64,000 nt of DNA from an uncultured virus (IMG/VR IMGVR_UViG_3300038314_001147) (lineage: Duplodnaviria > Heunggongvirae > Uroviricota > Caudoviricetes). The notes below the pieces were generated by a model, which saw only the letters and a list, made by a program, of their open reading frames with translations, made no database searches and was not told where the DNA came from. The stretch is taken from positions 1 to 64,000 of the IMG/VR virus record IMGVR_UViG_3300038314_001147; one strand, given 5' to 3'. Shown here one piece after another: positions 33,001-42,723 of this stretch (the stretch's first letter is position 1; each line of letters opens with the position of its first letter). A program made the position numbers and the translations under genes.

Positions 33001-34299
33001 CTTGTAGATGATTGTATAACTGGTGAAGCGGAATTACAATGGAATGTTACGCCTATCTTCCCAGCTATAATTACATGTGAGGTAGCAGACTGTTGTGAAG
33101 AAAGTACTGAACCGTGGGATGAAGATGTAACATATGCTGAAGGAGCTCATGTCCATTATATAAGCGAAGGGAATAAATATATATCGATGGCAGATGCAAA
33201 TACAGGAAATGTTCCTGTAGATGAATTTGGGAACTATAATGCAGATTGGTGGGTTAAATGTTGTGATTGTGGTCAAGCAGTTACAGCAGAAACATGTTTT
33301 GGATTTGTTGAATTAAAAGCTCAACATGCTGATGGTTCTAGTTGGAATAAGATTTATACCACAATGCCAGAGGCTAATCCTGATTTTGATCCTTCATGGA
33401 CTAATATCGCTGCTGATGGAAGTGCTCCATCTGGACAACAATGGACTATTGAATATCCATATACTCCAGATAGCTTCCAACAAGGTGAAATTTGCTTTAG
33501 TGTAGACGTATGGAATTGTAGAGATAGTTATACATGTTGTGATATTTGTGCTACTGTGTGTAAAGATATTAAATTAGCACAAAAAGCCTGTGGAGAATGG
33601 GATGTTTATGATTTTACTCCAGCTATAGGATATAGCACTGCTTATCCTGTTGACGATTATATTGAATATAATAGATATACTGTTAATAATTATGACATGA
33701 CGTATACGTTTGTAAAAGATGTTGTAGTTGGATCTCCATTTACAGCTGAGCTTCCACGAGACGATGTATATATTGTTAAAATAGAAAGAATAATGAAAGC
33801 TATAGTTGGAGGAGCCGTTGCCACTCTATGGAATAATCCAAAATGGATAGTTATTTATGAATTGTGTAATTTAATAAAATGCTATAAGGCGGTAGTTCTA
33901 GATATGTTCTGTGATGACCCTTCTGAATGTCCTACTACATGTGGATCAGAAGTAGAAACAGCAAAAAGATATCATGCAAATAAATTAGTTTCTTTATGGT
34001 CTGCTTTAATAGCGTACATACAGAAAGATAGATTATCAAGTATAGGAATTAACTATGTAGATACTGATAGACAATTGTTAATCAGAAAAATCGGTAGAAT
34101 AATGTCAATATTAAATGCTGTTTCTTCTGAATGCAAACCGTGTACTTCAGACGGTCAAATTAAATTGAGTAATTTTACTTATGTAGATTCAACTATTTAT
34201 CCTACCACTAGTACAGGAGGAACGGTTGGAACTGGCGGACCTGATCCTTCTGTCGATGATGGAGGAGACAGTTCGTTTAACCCTAAATGTTGTGAATAA
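30100..34299 (+). CDS. Cys-rich SprB-repeat tail/adhesin protein with a CBM5/12-like module (spans a scaffold gap, so 5' end uncertain)
   Basis: Repeated 'GGTxPYTYxW...GTYxVxVTDxxGC' units; 'WDEDVTYAEGAHVHY..GNKY..GNVP..WW'. Confidence 0.65.
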   Translation: MSTELCTDLRIGELPAEEAVQPIEFSHCHSGLSECAGXXXXGSANTTQFTLTLNNTTSKYAFFNPLECGEGCVEMASWYAFKDMIFTSSAATYSRPEYDLQLIGEGYECICFEIFRDGVLQDGSETWYINPTSAQDLVFQFGVTDCCETDLVYLWMSNIVATLTVAFYFCDTGGEEGCQDCCCVDIPVSIDVCAGPNTSDGSIGWYDDTAAAILGNPTLIIDGSAGGVITNTYTFTNNLPCDIQTICAELIALDGGSTLSNLTLAGVTIGTVCPTTFNLAAGASTDFTVTWDTAGSNDPGNIMLQINYCNIPVADACCTSGVAHCDNDTYFTLNFEAAPSLCDDCDTNTVTITPETCSGADDGIAMVEVDTDCTLPLASITWTPAPASIADNLTIGTSTATGLTGGDTFIVDMVDDNGCTSTVTFTIPTTSDIVTTITQTDLLLCAGDTTDLEATPVGGTPPYTYSWSPSGSTTSQDLNVGAGTHTVTVTDSQGCNTATPYTLVAPAAIVVSLTGTNVSCSGAMDGSISTAVSGGTPGYTYLWSSSTYGSFTSTNANINNLAPGIYTVVVTDSAENGGCTGTNSYTVTEGTAIVVTGVIVNTDCIDGSTGSITLTPSGGTGPYTYLWDDSSTASSITSQPAGTYSCIVTDANGCVHGASGTINYDTVINNIAVVTDVLCNGGSTGAIDITPSVGGASPPGSPTFTYLWDDAAASTTQDVTGLPIGTYTVVITETSGSGCVASFPYTVVESSALSISVVNYNDNCFNGGALGDILVSWTGGTNPVAISWEQDTGGGYAPYTGTTAHITGLIAADYRATATDANGCTATVIQTIDEPSANLSCGLSATMPTAPGAADGSVDIVISGGTPPYTYNLSTGHSGTIALSGGTAHIGDLVCQNVTSGVADSCNQTGSCAVEVQCANNPAGEGCCGDRDAINYDCDCAEPCIDNDCCLYRDLLVNCDFIWNGGALVDDCITGEAELQWNVTPIFPAIITCEVADCCEESTEPWDEDVTYAEGAHVHYISEGNKYISMADANTGNVPVDEFGNYNADWWVKCCDCGQAVTAETCFGFVELKAQHADGSSWNKIYTTMPEANPDFDPSWTNIAADGSAPSGQQWTIEYPYTPDSFQQGEICFSVDVWNCRDSYTCCDICATVCKDIKLAQKACGEWDVYDFTPAIGYSTAYPVDDYIEYNRYTVNNYDMTYTFVKDVVVGSPFTAELPRDDVYIVKIERIMKAIVGGAVATLWNNPKWIVIYELCNLIKCYKAVVLDMFCDDPSECPTTCGSEVETAKRYHANKLVSLWSALIAYIQKDRLSSIGINYVDTDRQLLIRKIGRIMSILNAVSSECKPCTSDGQIKLSNFTYVDSTIYPTTSTGGTVGTGGPDPSVDDGGDSSFNPKCCE
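30213..30222. other. Assembly gap (10 N)
   Basis: Run of n in the sequence. Confidence 0.99.
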
Positions 34300-37200
34300 T
34301 GTACACTTGTAATCATACTAATTGTAATGGTTTTTATAATAATGTAACATTTTACTTAGAACCTGTAGGTGGAATATACATTAAGTCTATGTTTAAGATA
34401 GTTAATGGGTCCGATCCAAATAATCGTTATCAACAAGACTTTATTTTAAGATGTACTAACGCTGGTTCTCAAAACTGGTTTGGACAAAATAACAATTTAT
34501 CTCACACAGGAGCCGGTAATTCAAAGGCTATTGGGATATCTATGGGTATCGGAGGTGATATATTAGCTCAAACTTTAAATAGGGAACTTGCTCCTGGCGT
34601 AAATCCATGGGATACTGATCAGCCTGCTTTTGGAAATTATTTAAATGCTCTTGGAAACCCAACATATCGTGATGGTCTTCAGGGGGATTATTCCATGGCA
34701 AATGCAAATATTAATTTTTTAAAAGATTCAAATGCCTCTGTTGTAAATAGCGGAGCTAGCCTTAGTACAATTTGTGATAGATATACTGATCCTGAAGATG
34801 GAATTACACCATTTGGTGCAGCATTTAGACATTCTCCTTGGAGATATACAACTACAGGTGGGGGTGATGCCTCTCATCCAGGGCTTGTTACAACTTCTAT
34901 GGATCTTTATGGAGGGGGTACCCAGTATACTAACTTTATGCATTTTCATGATGAATCTAAGAAGTTTTATACTCATATATGGCAAGGAATAGCCTTTCCT
35001 GCGTCTTTAGAGCCTGGTCACGATAGAAACACTGGATATGCTGAAATGGGTGTTACTTTAGATCTTGGTCCTGAGTTAGATTTCAATTGGGGGGAAACTA
35101 TTGATTATTCAATTGATTGGGAGACTCATCCTATTGTAATTAAAGAGAAAAATCCAACGACAGGTTATCCTGATTTTGCTAATTTCGGATCGAGTAAAAT
35201 GTCTATGCTTACTACCGAATCATATCAGGATAATTGTTTTGGTACGTTTACTAATTGTATTGTTAACTTTACTGGGAGTTTCAAGGCTATGCCTGCATTT
35301 AACAATCAACCTGCTATAGCTTCTAATCCTAATAAAGTTGGTAGATATTATACAGGAGGTAGTTTTAGTGATACTCAATCACAGCTCACATGTAGATCTT
35401 TGATGTGGGCTCCATCTACACTTGCAGGAACTAATACAGCTGTAACTCAATCTGAAGAAACAGGGGGTCAGATAAATGCATTTTGGCAGCAACTTTTGAA
35501 GCCTGCCTGGATGACAGCAGGTACAGCTTATATGAATGCAACCTTTACAGCTGGTGTAGATCCTTATTATATACCAATGATGGAGCCTGGGCAACAAGTT
35601 TCAACATCACCATGGGGGTTAACTTCTTTTGGTAATCCATATAGTATAGATGAAAGATATTCATCGGCTATGCATTTTGTATGGGGATTGGTTACTCAAT
35701 CTCCTGAAGCTAAACAAAATGGACTAGCAGTTGCTACTTCATGTGCTGGCGTTAATACAGTATTTGCTACACAAAATTTTAGTGGTACTGGTTCATTTCC
35801 ATGTGTTAATGCTTTTGGAACTCCTGGAGTAGGTAATAATGGTGCAGTTTCTCCATGGAATACTACACAAAATAAAATAGGAAATGTAACTAGAATTGGT
35901 ATTCCTAATACTTCGACTACTGATTTTAATTCTTATATGCATATGCCCGGTGCTGCTTTAGCGGTTGACACTGTAACAAGCTATTCGTTTAAATTATATA
36001 ATACCTCTAAAGTATTTCACAATGAGCCATTTAAAATAGAATTAACTGACAATGGTGGGTCTATAGAATATTCAGTAGTATCAATAGACGCATGGGATTC
36101 AAACGGTAATGCTTATACATATGATGTTACAACTCATCCATCTAATTTCCCTATAGTTCCAGGCGGAGCACAAGGACCTCCATTTTATTTAAAAGAACAA
36201 ATAACTTATCCTACTGGCGGAATAAATAATCATGCAGTAGTACATATAGAAGCATTTCAAGATGGATCTACAACTTCTACAGCTACTCTTTGTTCTTTTC
36301 ATTTAGTTTATCCATGGACAACTGGAGCTCCTAATACACTTGCTCAATTAAAAACAGATTACTATGATCGTTTTGGTGTAGCACAAGGAGGAACTTTACC
36401 ATTAGGTGGTTATGAAAGATCTAATTTAGAAAGATCTTTAATAAGTATACAACAAACTGCTGAGCAAGGTGGTCAAGGTACATGTGCTGCATGTAGAAAT
36501 ACAGGTGGTGGTCCCGGTGTAGATATGGACAATTGGTTAGGGATGGTTACTTTTTCACCAACTGAAGTAGATGGTGTAGATGAACCAACTCAAGTGGTAG
36601 ATCTAGCTAATCCTTTATCTTTTGGTCAAGTTGGTACTAATACATCTGTAACTAAAGCTCTTTTCTATAAGTTCGATAAATGTCTGGATACTCAAAAGGT
36701 TATAATAGATGGAGTTGCTCAAGATGCTTTAGGACTTGCCTGTGATTATGGTTGTGCATGTTATGGAGAGGATTTTATTTACTTTGGAGGAACTTATTTT
36801 AATTCTCATGTGTATGGGTGTATGGATTGTCCAGGAAATGAAAACGCTGGGATTAAGCTAGATGCTTTAAATGGATCTTTCACATGGTTATATAGTAGCG
36901 GAACAGGATGTATTCCTTTAGATTTAGGCACTCAAGCTGCTTATCTTGGTCAGGATTATCTTTATATAAGAGTTGACGTAATGTTTTCACCTACGGCTGC
37001 TACAGTATGGAATGGTACAGGACCTTATGATATGTTTATTTCAGGAATTCTTCCTTTATTTACAGTTGATGTAACATGTGTCGCATTAGAAGAAAATTAT
37101 GAATGCTGTACAGAGGAAATAGCAATAACTGCTATGTTACCTGACCCTCCTATTGCTTGTAGTGAAGATTTAGCTGTTGTGTATGATGGCAGAAACTCTC

Positions 37201-39389
37201 CTTCTATAGTTGATTGTTCTAATTTTTATTATTTTGAAGATGTAATAATAAAAACTGATTCATTCGCTAATTGGACTGCTAATTGCATAGATACTGAGAG
37301 TCCAAATTTACCAGTACCTATATGTCATATAACTACGGAAGATTTATATACTCAGCATTTAGGAGTTTCAAATCATCAGGCGTGGAATTCTATTAATATA
37401 TCAAATCCAATTACAGAAACTGAAGATATATTAGTTCACATATGGCTTGAAGATAATAATAATTGTACTTGGTATTTTGATCCTGGTGCTACTTATACTG
37501 AAAATACTGATACTTCTGACTTTCAAACTTCTACAGGAATTTCAGATAGTACTTTTGTATTAAAGGATGCTGCAACTTTAGGTCATAGTTATATTAATTA
37601 TGTTTTATCTCCAGGTCAAAGTATCCCATCAACTGTTTATTATAATTCATGGTATGATGGTAATTGTGGAAATAATTTAAATTGTCACCCTGAAACTTAT
37701 TTTGGTGGTTCATATTGGAATATGTTTACTTTATATGGAGAAGTATACAATACTCTTATAAACCCTACTCCTCTAGCTTTAATAAATGCATATCCAAATA
37801 TATGGGCACCACCTGCAACAACTGTTGTGCCTACTATTAATTCAGGAGGGATGCCAGTTCCTCCAGCACAGCCAATTCCTCAAATAGGGAATAGTCCTTG
37901 CCAAGCTGTTTTACCATTTACTGGAATGGCACCCGCATGGTCAAATGGATGTACTCTTATAGGAGCTAAAGTTACAGCTGAAATATGTGATCCTTTTCAG
38001 TTTGCTGGAGCGATATCCGGACCGCATACTGATCAATTCTATATAGAATTTTGTGATCCAGCTACTGGACTTTGTACTACACCACAAATTGGAGATAGAT
38101 TCTTATCTAATTGCTGTACTGGAGGTCCTAATATTGGTCAAAAAACAGCATGGGAAGTTACATCTATACAGGGCACTGGACCTACTGAGGGTTGGCGTAC
38201 AAAGTATGAAGGATGTACTTTTAGTCTAGATTGGTGGGAATGTGATAATGGTACTTGTAATTCAGTACCAGCAGGTGCAGGCACGCCTCTTCCTCCATTT
38301 TATCAAACTCAAGCCGCTTGTGATGCAGCTTGTGTTGTGGGAGTGATGGAAAGTTGGGATTGTATTGATGGATCATGTGTTAAATATAACGATTTAAGTG
38401 GTGCATATCCAAATGAGTTCGCTTGTTTAAATTCACCTGAGTGTGATGTAAGTCCACCAGGTGGAGAGGGAATAGATTGCGTAACTGTAAAATGGGCAAT
38501 CAGTAAAGTAGTAGCTGGATCTTGGGAAATGTTAGACTGTGAACCAGTTAATGAAGAAGAAGAATTTTGCTGTCATGGAGAAGCAGAAATGTGTGTTCCT
38601 CTTAAATGTTGTGAATGTACTCCTGATTGTCCGTGTGAAGAAGGGCAAAATGGTCAAATAATACCCGATCCAACGCTTGGTGGAGGAGGTACTACTGGTG
38701 GGGGAACTGGCTGGGATATAGTAGATAATATTTGGTCACAAGCAGGATTGTTTGGAGCAGACACATTAAGTTGTTGCGGAAGACCTGTTGGCAATACTTG
38801 CTTTATTGATCAGATGGATAATCTTTTATATAATCTAATTAATACTGGAGAAGGAGAATCTGCTTTTACGGGCAAGACATGTAAATATGAAACTGTTAAT
38901 GATTTTGTTCATTTATGGACATATATGTTAATAATGGATTTTGAAACATATTGGGCACAACAATCAGCATTAGTTATAGCTCTCTGGAATGATTATATAG
39001 CTGGTACCACTGGTACAGTTAACGCTACTTTATGTGATGTACCTGAAATATCTGTAGTAACTGTCTTAGGTGGTTATGGATTATTAGGATATGATTATGA
39101 TGGAGATGGTATAAATGATGATAAAAAAACATGTATATATGATTACTTCAAATGTAAAGGCGTTGACATCCAACCATTACTTGAATGTCCTGGAGTATAT
39201 AGTGATGCAATGAGTCGAGCAGATGGAGACTTAGTAGGCGGAATAAATTATGAAATAACTTCATGGGAGATTACTGGCACAACAGATCCTAATGACGGTA
39301 TAAGTGAAATGTGTATAGAAGAGTGTTTAGCTCAACCTGTAGATCAGTGTGCTGATCCTGCAGTTTTAAATGTATTTATAGTTCAATAA
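34299..39389 (+). CDS. Large Cys/Gly/Thr-rich putative tail or structural protein
   Basis: 1696 aa; tandem 'WxCxxGxC...Y....AC' units near 38230-38445; 'DYDGDGIND' Ca-loop-like motif; TAATG coupling to upstream gene. Confidence 0.55.
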   Translation: MYTCNHTNCNGFYNNVTFYLEPVGGIYIKSMFKIVNGSDPNNRYQQDFILRCTNAGSQNWFGQNNNLSHTGAGNSKAIGISMGIGGDILAQTLNRELAPGVNPWDTDQPAFGNYLNALGNPTYRDGLQGDYSMANANINFLKDSNASVVNSGASLSTICDRYTDPEDGITPFGAAFRHSPWRYTTTGGGDASHPGLVTTSMDLYGGGTQYTNFMHFHDESKKFYTHIWQGIAFPASLEPGHDRNTGYAEMGVTLDLGPELDFNWGETIDYSIDWETHPIVIKEKNPTTGYPDFANFGSSKMSMLTTESYQDNCFGTFTNCIVNFTGSFKAMPAFNNQPAIASNPNKVGRYYTGGSFSDTQSQLTCRSLMWAPSTLAGTNTAVTQSEETGGQINAFWQQLLKPAWMTAGTAYMNATFTAGVDPYYIPMMEPGQQVSTSPWGLTSFGNPYSIDERYSSAMHFVWGLVTQSPEAKQNGLAVATSCAGVNTVFATQNFSGTGSFPCVNAFGTPGVGNNGAVSPWNTTQNKIGNVTRIGIPNTSTTDFNSYMHMPGAALAVDTVTSYSFKLYNTSKVFHNEPFKIELTDNGGSIEYSVVSIDAWDSNGNAYTYDVTTHPSNFPIVPGGAQGPPFYLKEQITYPTGGINNHAVVHIEAFQDGSTTSTATLCSFHLVYPWTTGAPNTLAQLKTDYYDRFGVAQGGTLPLGGYERSNLERSLISIQQTAEQGGQGTCAACRNTGGGPGVDMDNWLGMVTFSPTEVDGVDEPTQVVDLANPLSFGQVGTNTSVTKALFYKFDKCLDTQKVIIDGVAQDALGLACDYGCACYGEDFIYFGGTYFNSHVYGCMDCPGNENAGIKLDALNGSFTWLYSSGTGCIPLDLGTQAAYLGQDYLYIRVDVMFSPTAATVWNGTGPYDMFISGILPLFTVDVTCVALEENYECCTEEIAITAMLPDPPIACSEDLAVVYDGRNSPSIVDCSNFYYFEDVIIKTDSFANWTANCIDTESPNLPVPICHITTEDLYTQHLGVSNHQAWNSINISNPITETEDILVHIWLEDNNNCTWYFDPGATYTENTDTSDFQTSTGISDSTFVLKDAATLGHSYINYVLSPGQSIPSTVYYNSWYDGNCGNNLNCHPETYFGGSYWNMFTLYGEVYNTLINPTPLALINAYPNIWAPPATTVVPTINSGGMPVPPAQPIPQIGNSPCQAVLPFTGMAPAWSNGCTLIGAKVTAEICDPFQFAGAISGPHTDQFYIEFCDPATGLCTTPQIGDRFLSNCCTGGPNIGQKTAWEVTSIQGTGPTEGWRTKYEGCTFSLDWWECDNGTCNSVPAGAGTPLPPFYQTQAACDAACVVGVMESWDCIDGSCVKYNDLSGAYPNEFACLNSPECDVSPPGGEGIDCVTVKWAISKVVAGSWEMLDCEPVNEEEEFCCHGEAEMCVPLKCCECTPDCPCEEGQNGQIIPDPTLGGGGTTGGGTGWDIVDNIWSQAGLFGADTLSCCGRPVGNTCFIDQMDNLLYNLINTGEGESAFTGKTCKYETVNDFVHLWTYMLIMDFETYWAQQSALVIALWNDYIAGTTGTVNATLCDVPEISVVTVLGGYGLLGYDYDGDGINDDKKTCIYDYFKCKGVDIQPLLECPGVYSDAMSRADGDLVGGINYEITSWEITGTTDPNDGISEMCIEECLAQPVDQCADPAVLNVFIVQ

Positions 39390-39404
39390 TTAAAATAATA
39401 AAAA

Positions 39405-40598
39405 ATGGCAACTTGTAATCAAACACCACAATTTAATGCTTCTGACAGACATAGCAGAGGTTATTTCTTTATCAATACTGGAACCCCTGGTGTAAGGTTC
39501 TTACAGTATGATAAACCAACTGAGACTACCTTTTTGGAATTATTTCAGTCAGTAGGATTTATTAGTGATTGTAGAGATACTGCAAAAAAAGAAGAGCAGG
39601 GATTTGTAGTCTGTGCTAAGGATCCTCAATCAGAGGCTAGAGATAGCACTCCTGATAGTAATGGTTTTACTAAAGCAGTAATTCCTCATCAATTACCTAA
39701 TGTCTATCCAATGGATGGATCATGTGGGATAGCTGTAACAGAGGTCATTAATCCTCGTAATTGCTGTGATGGTACAGCAAAAGACTTTGAATTAGAAAAT
39801 ACCATGGTCGTTTCAGCTGCAAATTTAGACACTTGTGATAATCCATCTCCATTAGGCGTTATTCAGGCAGGTCCAGGATGTGAAGCTATTGTAACATTTG
39901 ATGCTACTTCAGTTTTTAACTGTGATGGTGTTGTTGTTCCCCCTGGACAAGTTACTGTTTGTTGTACTGATACTACAGCAGTATGTTTAAGTGAAGCATT
40001 TACTACAACTACTCCATGTTTTGTAGAAATTGAGCCTACTACCACAGATCCGTGTGAAATAGATATACGAGTTACGCCATTTCTCGTAGATGAAATTAGA
40101 CTATTTGCTGGTAATACATCTCAATTAGGATCAGGTCAGTATACAGACTGGTATTTGTGCGATGGTAATAACGGAACTATAGATCTGAGAGGGAAATATC
40201 CTATAGGCTTTGATGGTAATGTTTATAGTCCTATTGGTGGTACCTTGGGTAATCATGATGTATTATTAACTGAACACCAATGTGCACTTAGAGCCCACTC
40301 TCATGTTGTAACATTTAGTGGAACTGCTTCTACTACTAATAGTGGAGCTCATAAACATGATATTAGAAAGGGTAATGGTCATAGAGGAGGTGGATACGAT
40401 ATTGGTACACATAGATCTTCAGGATGGTATGGAGGTGCAGATGGTGCACATTCACATACTCTTGATATGTCTAGTATTAATGCACAAGCAACTCCTGTTG
40501 GTGTTTCTCCGGCTACTCAATCTTTTGATAATAGACCTGAATCTGTAATTGTAGCATTTATACAATATAAAGGTGCCGCTTTAGCTGCTTGTGTCTAA
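39405..40598 (+). CDS. Tail fibre protein with tail-collar-like domain and HxH repeats
   Basis: 'WYLCDGNNGTIDLRGKYPIG', 'AHSH', 'GAHKH', 'GAHSH', 'DNRP....FIQY'. Confidence 0.75.
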   Translation: MATCNQTPQFNASDRHSRGYFFINTGTPGVRFLQYDKPTETTFLELFQSVGFISDCRDTAKKEEQGFVVCAKDPQSEARDSTPDSNGFTKAVIPHQLPNVYPMDGSCGIAVTEVINPRNCCDGTAKDFELENTMVVSAANLDTCDNPSPLGVIQAGPGCEAIVTFDATSVFNCDGVVVPPGQVTVCCTDTTAVCLSEAFTTTTPCFVEIEPTTTDPCEIDIRVTPFLVDEIRLFAGNTSQLGSGQYTDWYLCDGNNGTIDLRGKYPIGFDGNVYSPIGGTLGNHDVLLTEHQCALRAHSHVVTFSGTASTTNSGAHKHDIRKGNGHRGGGYDIGTHRSSGWYGGADGAHSHTLDMSSINAQATPVGVSPATQSFDNRPESVIVAFIQYKGAALAACV

Positions 40599-40606
40599 AA
40601 AAGTAG

Positions 40607-40614
40607 TATATTTG
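40607..40614 (+). promoter_or_regulatory. Bacteroidota primary-sigma promoter -7 element
   Basis: TATATTTG (TAnnTTTG) in intergenic gap 12 nt before ATG 40627; TTG at 40589-40591. Confidence 0.6.
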
Positions 40615-40626
40615 TAAAAAAAAAAT

Positions 40627-40827
40627 ATGAAAATAAATGAAGAAAAATTAAGTTTAGATCTAGTAATGTGTTGTGGGAAGAAAAAATGTCCCCGTGTAAA
40701 TATACATCAAAAATTAGATAAAGTTATCTTAGGAGGGGAAAAAGAAGGGTATTCTTCCTGGGAAAAAGAACAATTTAAGATGCTTGTAAGAGAAGCAAAA
40801 AAGGGAACATTTGATGAGTACCTCTAA
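40627..40827 (+). CDS. Small hypothetical protein (CCGKKKCP motif)
   Basis: 66 aa after promoter, A-rich leader. Confidence 0.6.
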   Translation: MKINEEKLSLDLVMCCGKKKCPRVNIHQKLDKVILGGEKEGYSSWEKEQFKMLVREAKKGTFDEYL

Positions 40828-41419
40828 TAAAATAGAAATCCTCCCAGAAGTAACACTCCAGGACGATTTTTTATCAATAGAAGAATTTAAAAATCTTGAA
40901 GAGGAAGTTAAATATTTTCATTGGGAATATATGAATGGGACTTCTGGATTAGAAGACGAAAAGACTACTAAAGATTATCAATTTGTACATATGATATATT
41001 GTAATCATCACCCTGTAAATGATTCCTATCGACATATTTTCCCAATATTAAAAAAGATTGACCCTGAAATAGAAGCTTTAATTCGTATTAAAGCAAATCT
41101 ACATCCTAGACAATCAAAATTAAAAGAGCATGACTGGCATATTGATTGCGGTGTAGCTCTTCCCGGTCAAACAACTGCTGTTCTTTATTTAAATGACAGT
41201 GATGGTTATACTATGTTTGAAAGTGGAGACAAAATAGAAAGTAAGGCTAATAGATTTGTTGAGTTTCCTTCGTGGATGAATCATTTAGGTACAAATTGCA
41301 CTTGGGCAGGAGGATTGCTTAGGACACGAGTAATTTTAAATTTTAATTATATAAAAAATGGAGCAAAAGATACTGGATCATATACTAATGGAGTCTTGTC
41401 CAGACCCGCAATGCCATAG
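40811..41419 (+). CDS. 2OG-Fe(II) oxygenase
   Basis: HxD 'WHID', 'TAVLYLNDSDGYT', 'NRFVEFP', distal His 'NHLG', 'RVILNFNY'. Confidence 0.8.
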   Translation: MMSTSNKIEILPEVTLQDDFLSIEEFKNLEEEVKYFHWEYMNGTSGLEDEKTTKDYQFVHMIYCNHHPVNDSYRHIFPILKKIDPEIEALIRIKANLHPRQSKLKEHDWHIDCGVALPGQTTAVLYLNDSDGYTMFESGDKIESKANRFVEFPSWMNHLGTNCTWAGGLLRTRVILNFNYIKNGAKDTGSYTNGVLSRPAMP

Positions 41420-41543
41420 TAAATATTACTACGATACAGAAAGAAATCTATCTAATGAGCAGATTTTAAAAAAAAGAATTAAAGAACTAAAAGAAAAAAT
41501 AAAATGGCTAACAAAAGAATTAGACTCTCTCCTGAAGAGTTAA
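41358..41543 (+). CDS. Small hypothetical coiled-coil protein
   Basis: 61 aa bridging the oxygenase and phosphoesterase genes, overlapping both. Confidence 0.4.
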   Translation: MEQKILDHILMESCPDPQCHSKYYYDTERNLSNEQILKKRIKELKEKIKWLTKELDSLLKS

Positions 41544-42580
41544 ATATGGTATATGAACATAGAGGTGAGCAGTTAGAGAATTTTAATGGAAATACTGCTT
41601 TAGAAATACACTTAAAAGAACGAGGAATAGAAAAAAAAGATATTGTTAGTATTAAACACTGGCAAAATTTTAATGGAGAATTAAGATTCTCTATAGTTAC
41701 AAAAGAAAATCAACCTGATCAGTTAAAAATATATGACGATGTTCTTAAATTAATAGAAGAACGTGCACCCGTTTATAAAAAAATAAAATATACACAAGGT
41801 GATCATTTACTTGTTATTAATCCTGCTGATATACATATAGGGAAATATGCTCATGAACATGAGACTGGAGAGGGTTATAATAAGGAGATTGCCGTAGAAC
41901 GTGTTTTAGAAGGCGTTCAGGGCATTATTAATAAGTCTGAGGGGTTTACCATAGATAGAATACTATTTTGTATAGGAAACGATATTTTACATATCGATAA
42001 TGTATACAATACTACTACTAAAGGAACACATCAAGATGTAGATGGTAAGTGGTGGGAACATTATCAAGTCGCTTTGGACGTGTATGTTTTGTGTGTAGAA
42101 ATGTTAAGGGAAATTGCTCCGGTTGACTGTGTGCATAGCATGAGTAATCATGACTATCAAAGTGGATTTCACTTAGCACATGCGTTGAAGGCTTGGTTTA
42201 GGAACACTAAAGATGTTAGTGTTGATTGTGGAGTTGCTCATAGGAAGTATTATCGATATGGTGAAAACCTTATCGGATTAGAGCATGGGGACGGTGCGAA
42301 ATTAGATTCGCTTCCGTTGTTAATGGCTCAAGAAAAGCCAAAAGAGTGGGCAAGTACCAAACATAGATATTGGTACTTACATCATATCCATCATAAAATT
42401 AAACATAAATGGAGGGATGCTAAAGATTATATAGGCGTTACTATAGAATACATGAGATCTCCATCAGGAACAGACAGCTGGCATAGCAGAAAAGGTTTTA
42501 CTGGTATACCTAAGGCTGTAGAAGGATTCTTACATGATAAAAATAGTGGTCAAGTTGCTCGTTTTGTACATTACTTTTAA
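41504..42580 (+). CDS. Calcineurin-like metallophosphoesterase
   Basis: 'ADIHIG', 'GNDILH', 'SNHD', 'HGD', 'HHIHH'. Confidence 0.85.
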   Translation: MANKRIRLSPEELNMVYEHRGEQLENFNGNTALEIHLKERGIEKKDIVSIKHWQNFNGELRFSIVTKENQPDQLKIYDDVLKLIEERAPVYKKIKYTQGDHLLVINPADIHIGKYAHEHETGEGYNKEIAVERVLEGVQGIINKSEGFTIDRILFCIGNDILHIDNVYNTTTKGTHQDVDGKWWEHYQVALDVYVLCVEMLREIAPVDCVHSMSNHDYQSGFHLAHALKAWFRNTKDVSVDCGVAHRKYYRYGENLIGLEHGDGAKLDSLPLLMAQEKPKEWASTKHRYWYLHHIHHKIKHKWRDAKDYIGVTIEYMRSPSGTDSWHSRKGFTGIPKAVEGFLHDKNSGQVARFVHYF

Positions 42581-42591
42581 ATAAATAAATT

Positions 42592-42723
42592 ATGGGATTT
42601 GCTTTAGCATGGAACCAAGGAATTTTAATAGGGATTAATCATTATAATCCTGATGAAGAACATCCATTTCTTGAATTAAACATTCATCTTACTGTATTTA
42701 GGATTATTATACTGTTTCGTTAG
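42592..42723 (+). CDS. 43-aa hypothetical protein (not in ORF track)
   Basis: MGFALAWNQGILIGINHYNPDEEHPFLELNIHLTVFRIIILFR; A-rich leader; fills the gap to the convergent gene. Confidence 0.55.
   Translation: MGFALAWNQGILIGINHYNPDEEHPFLELNIHLTVFRIIILFR

Noticed and set aside
3027..40548. Antisense and alternative-frame ORFs inside the large plus-strand genes
   Set aside because: Fully nested shadows with no motifs
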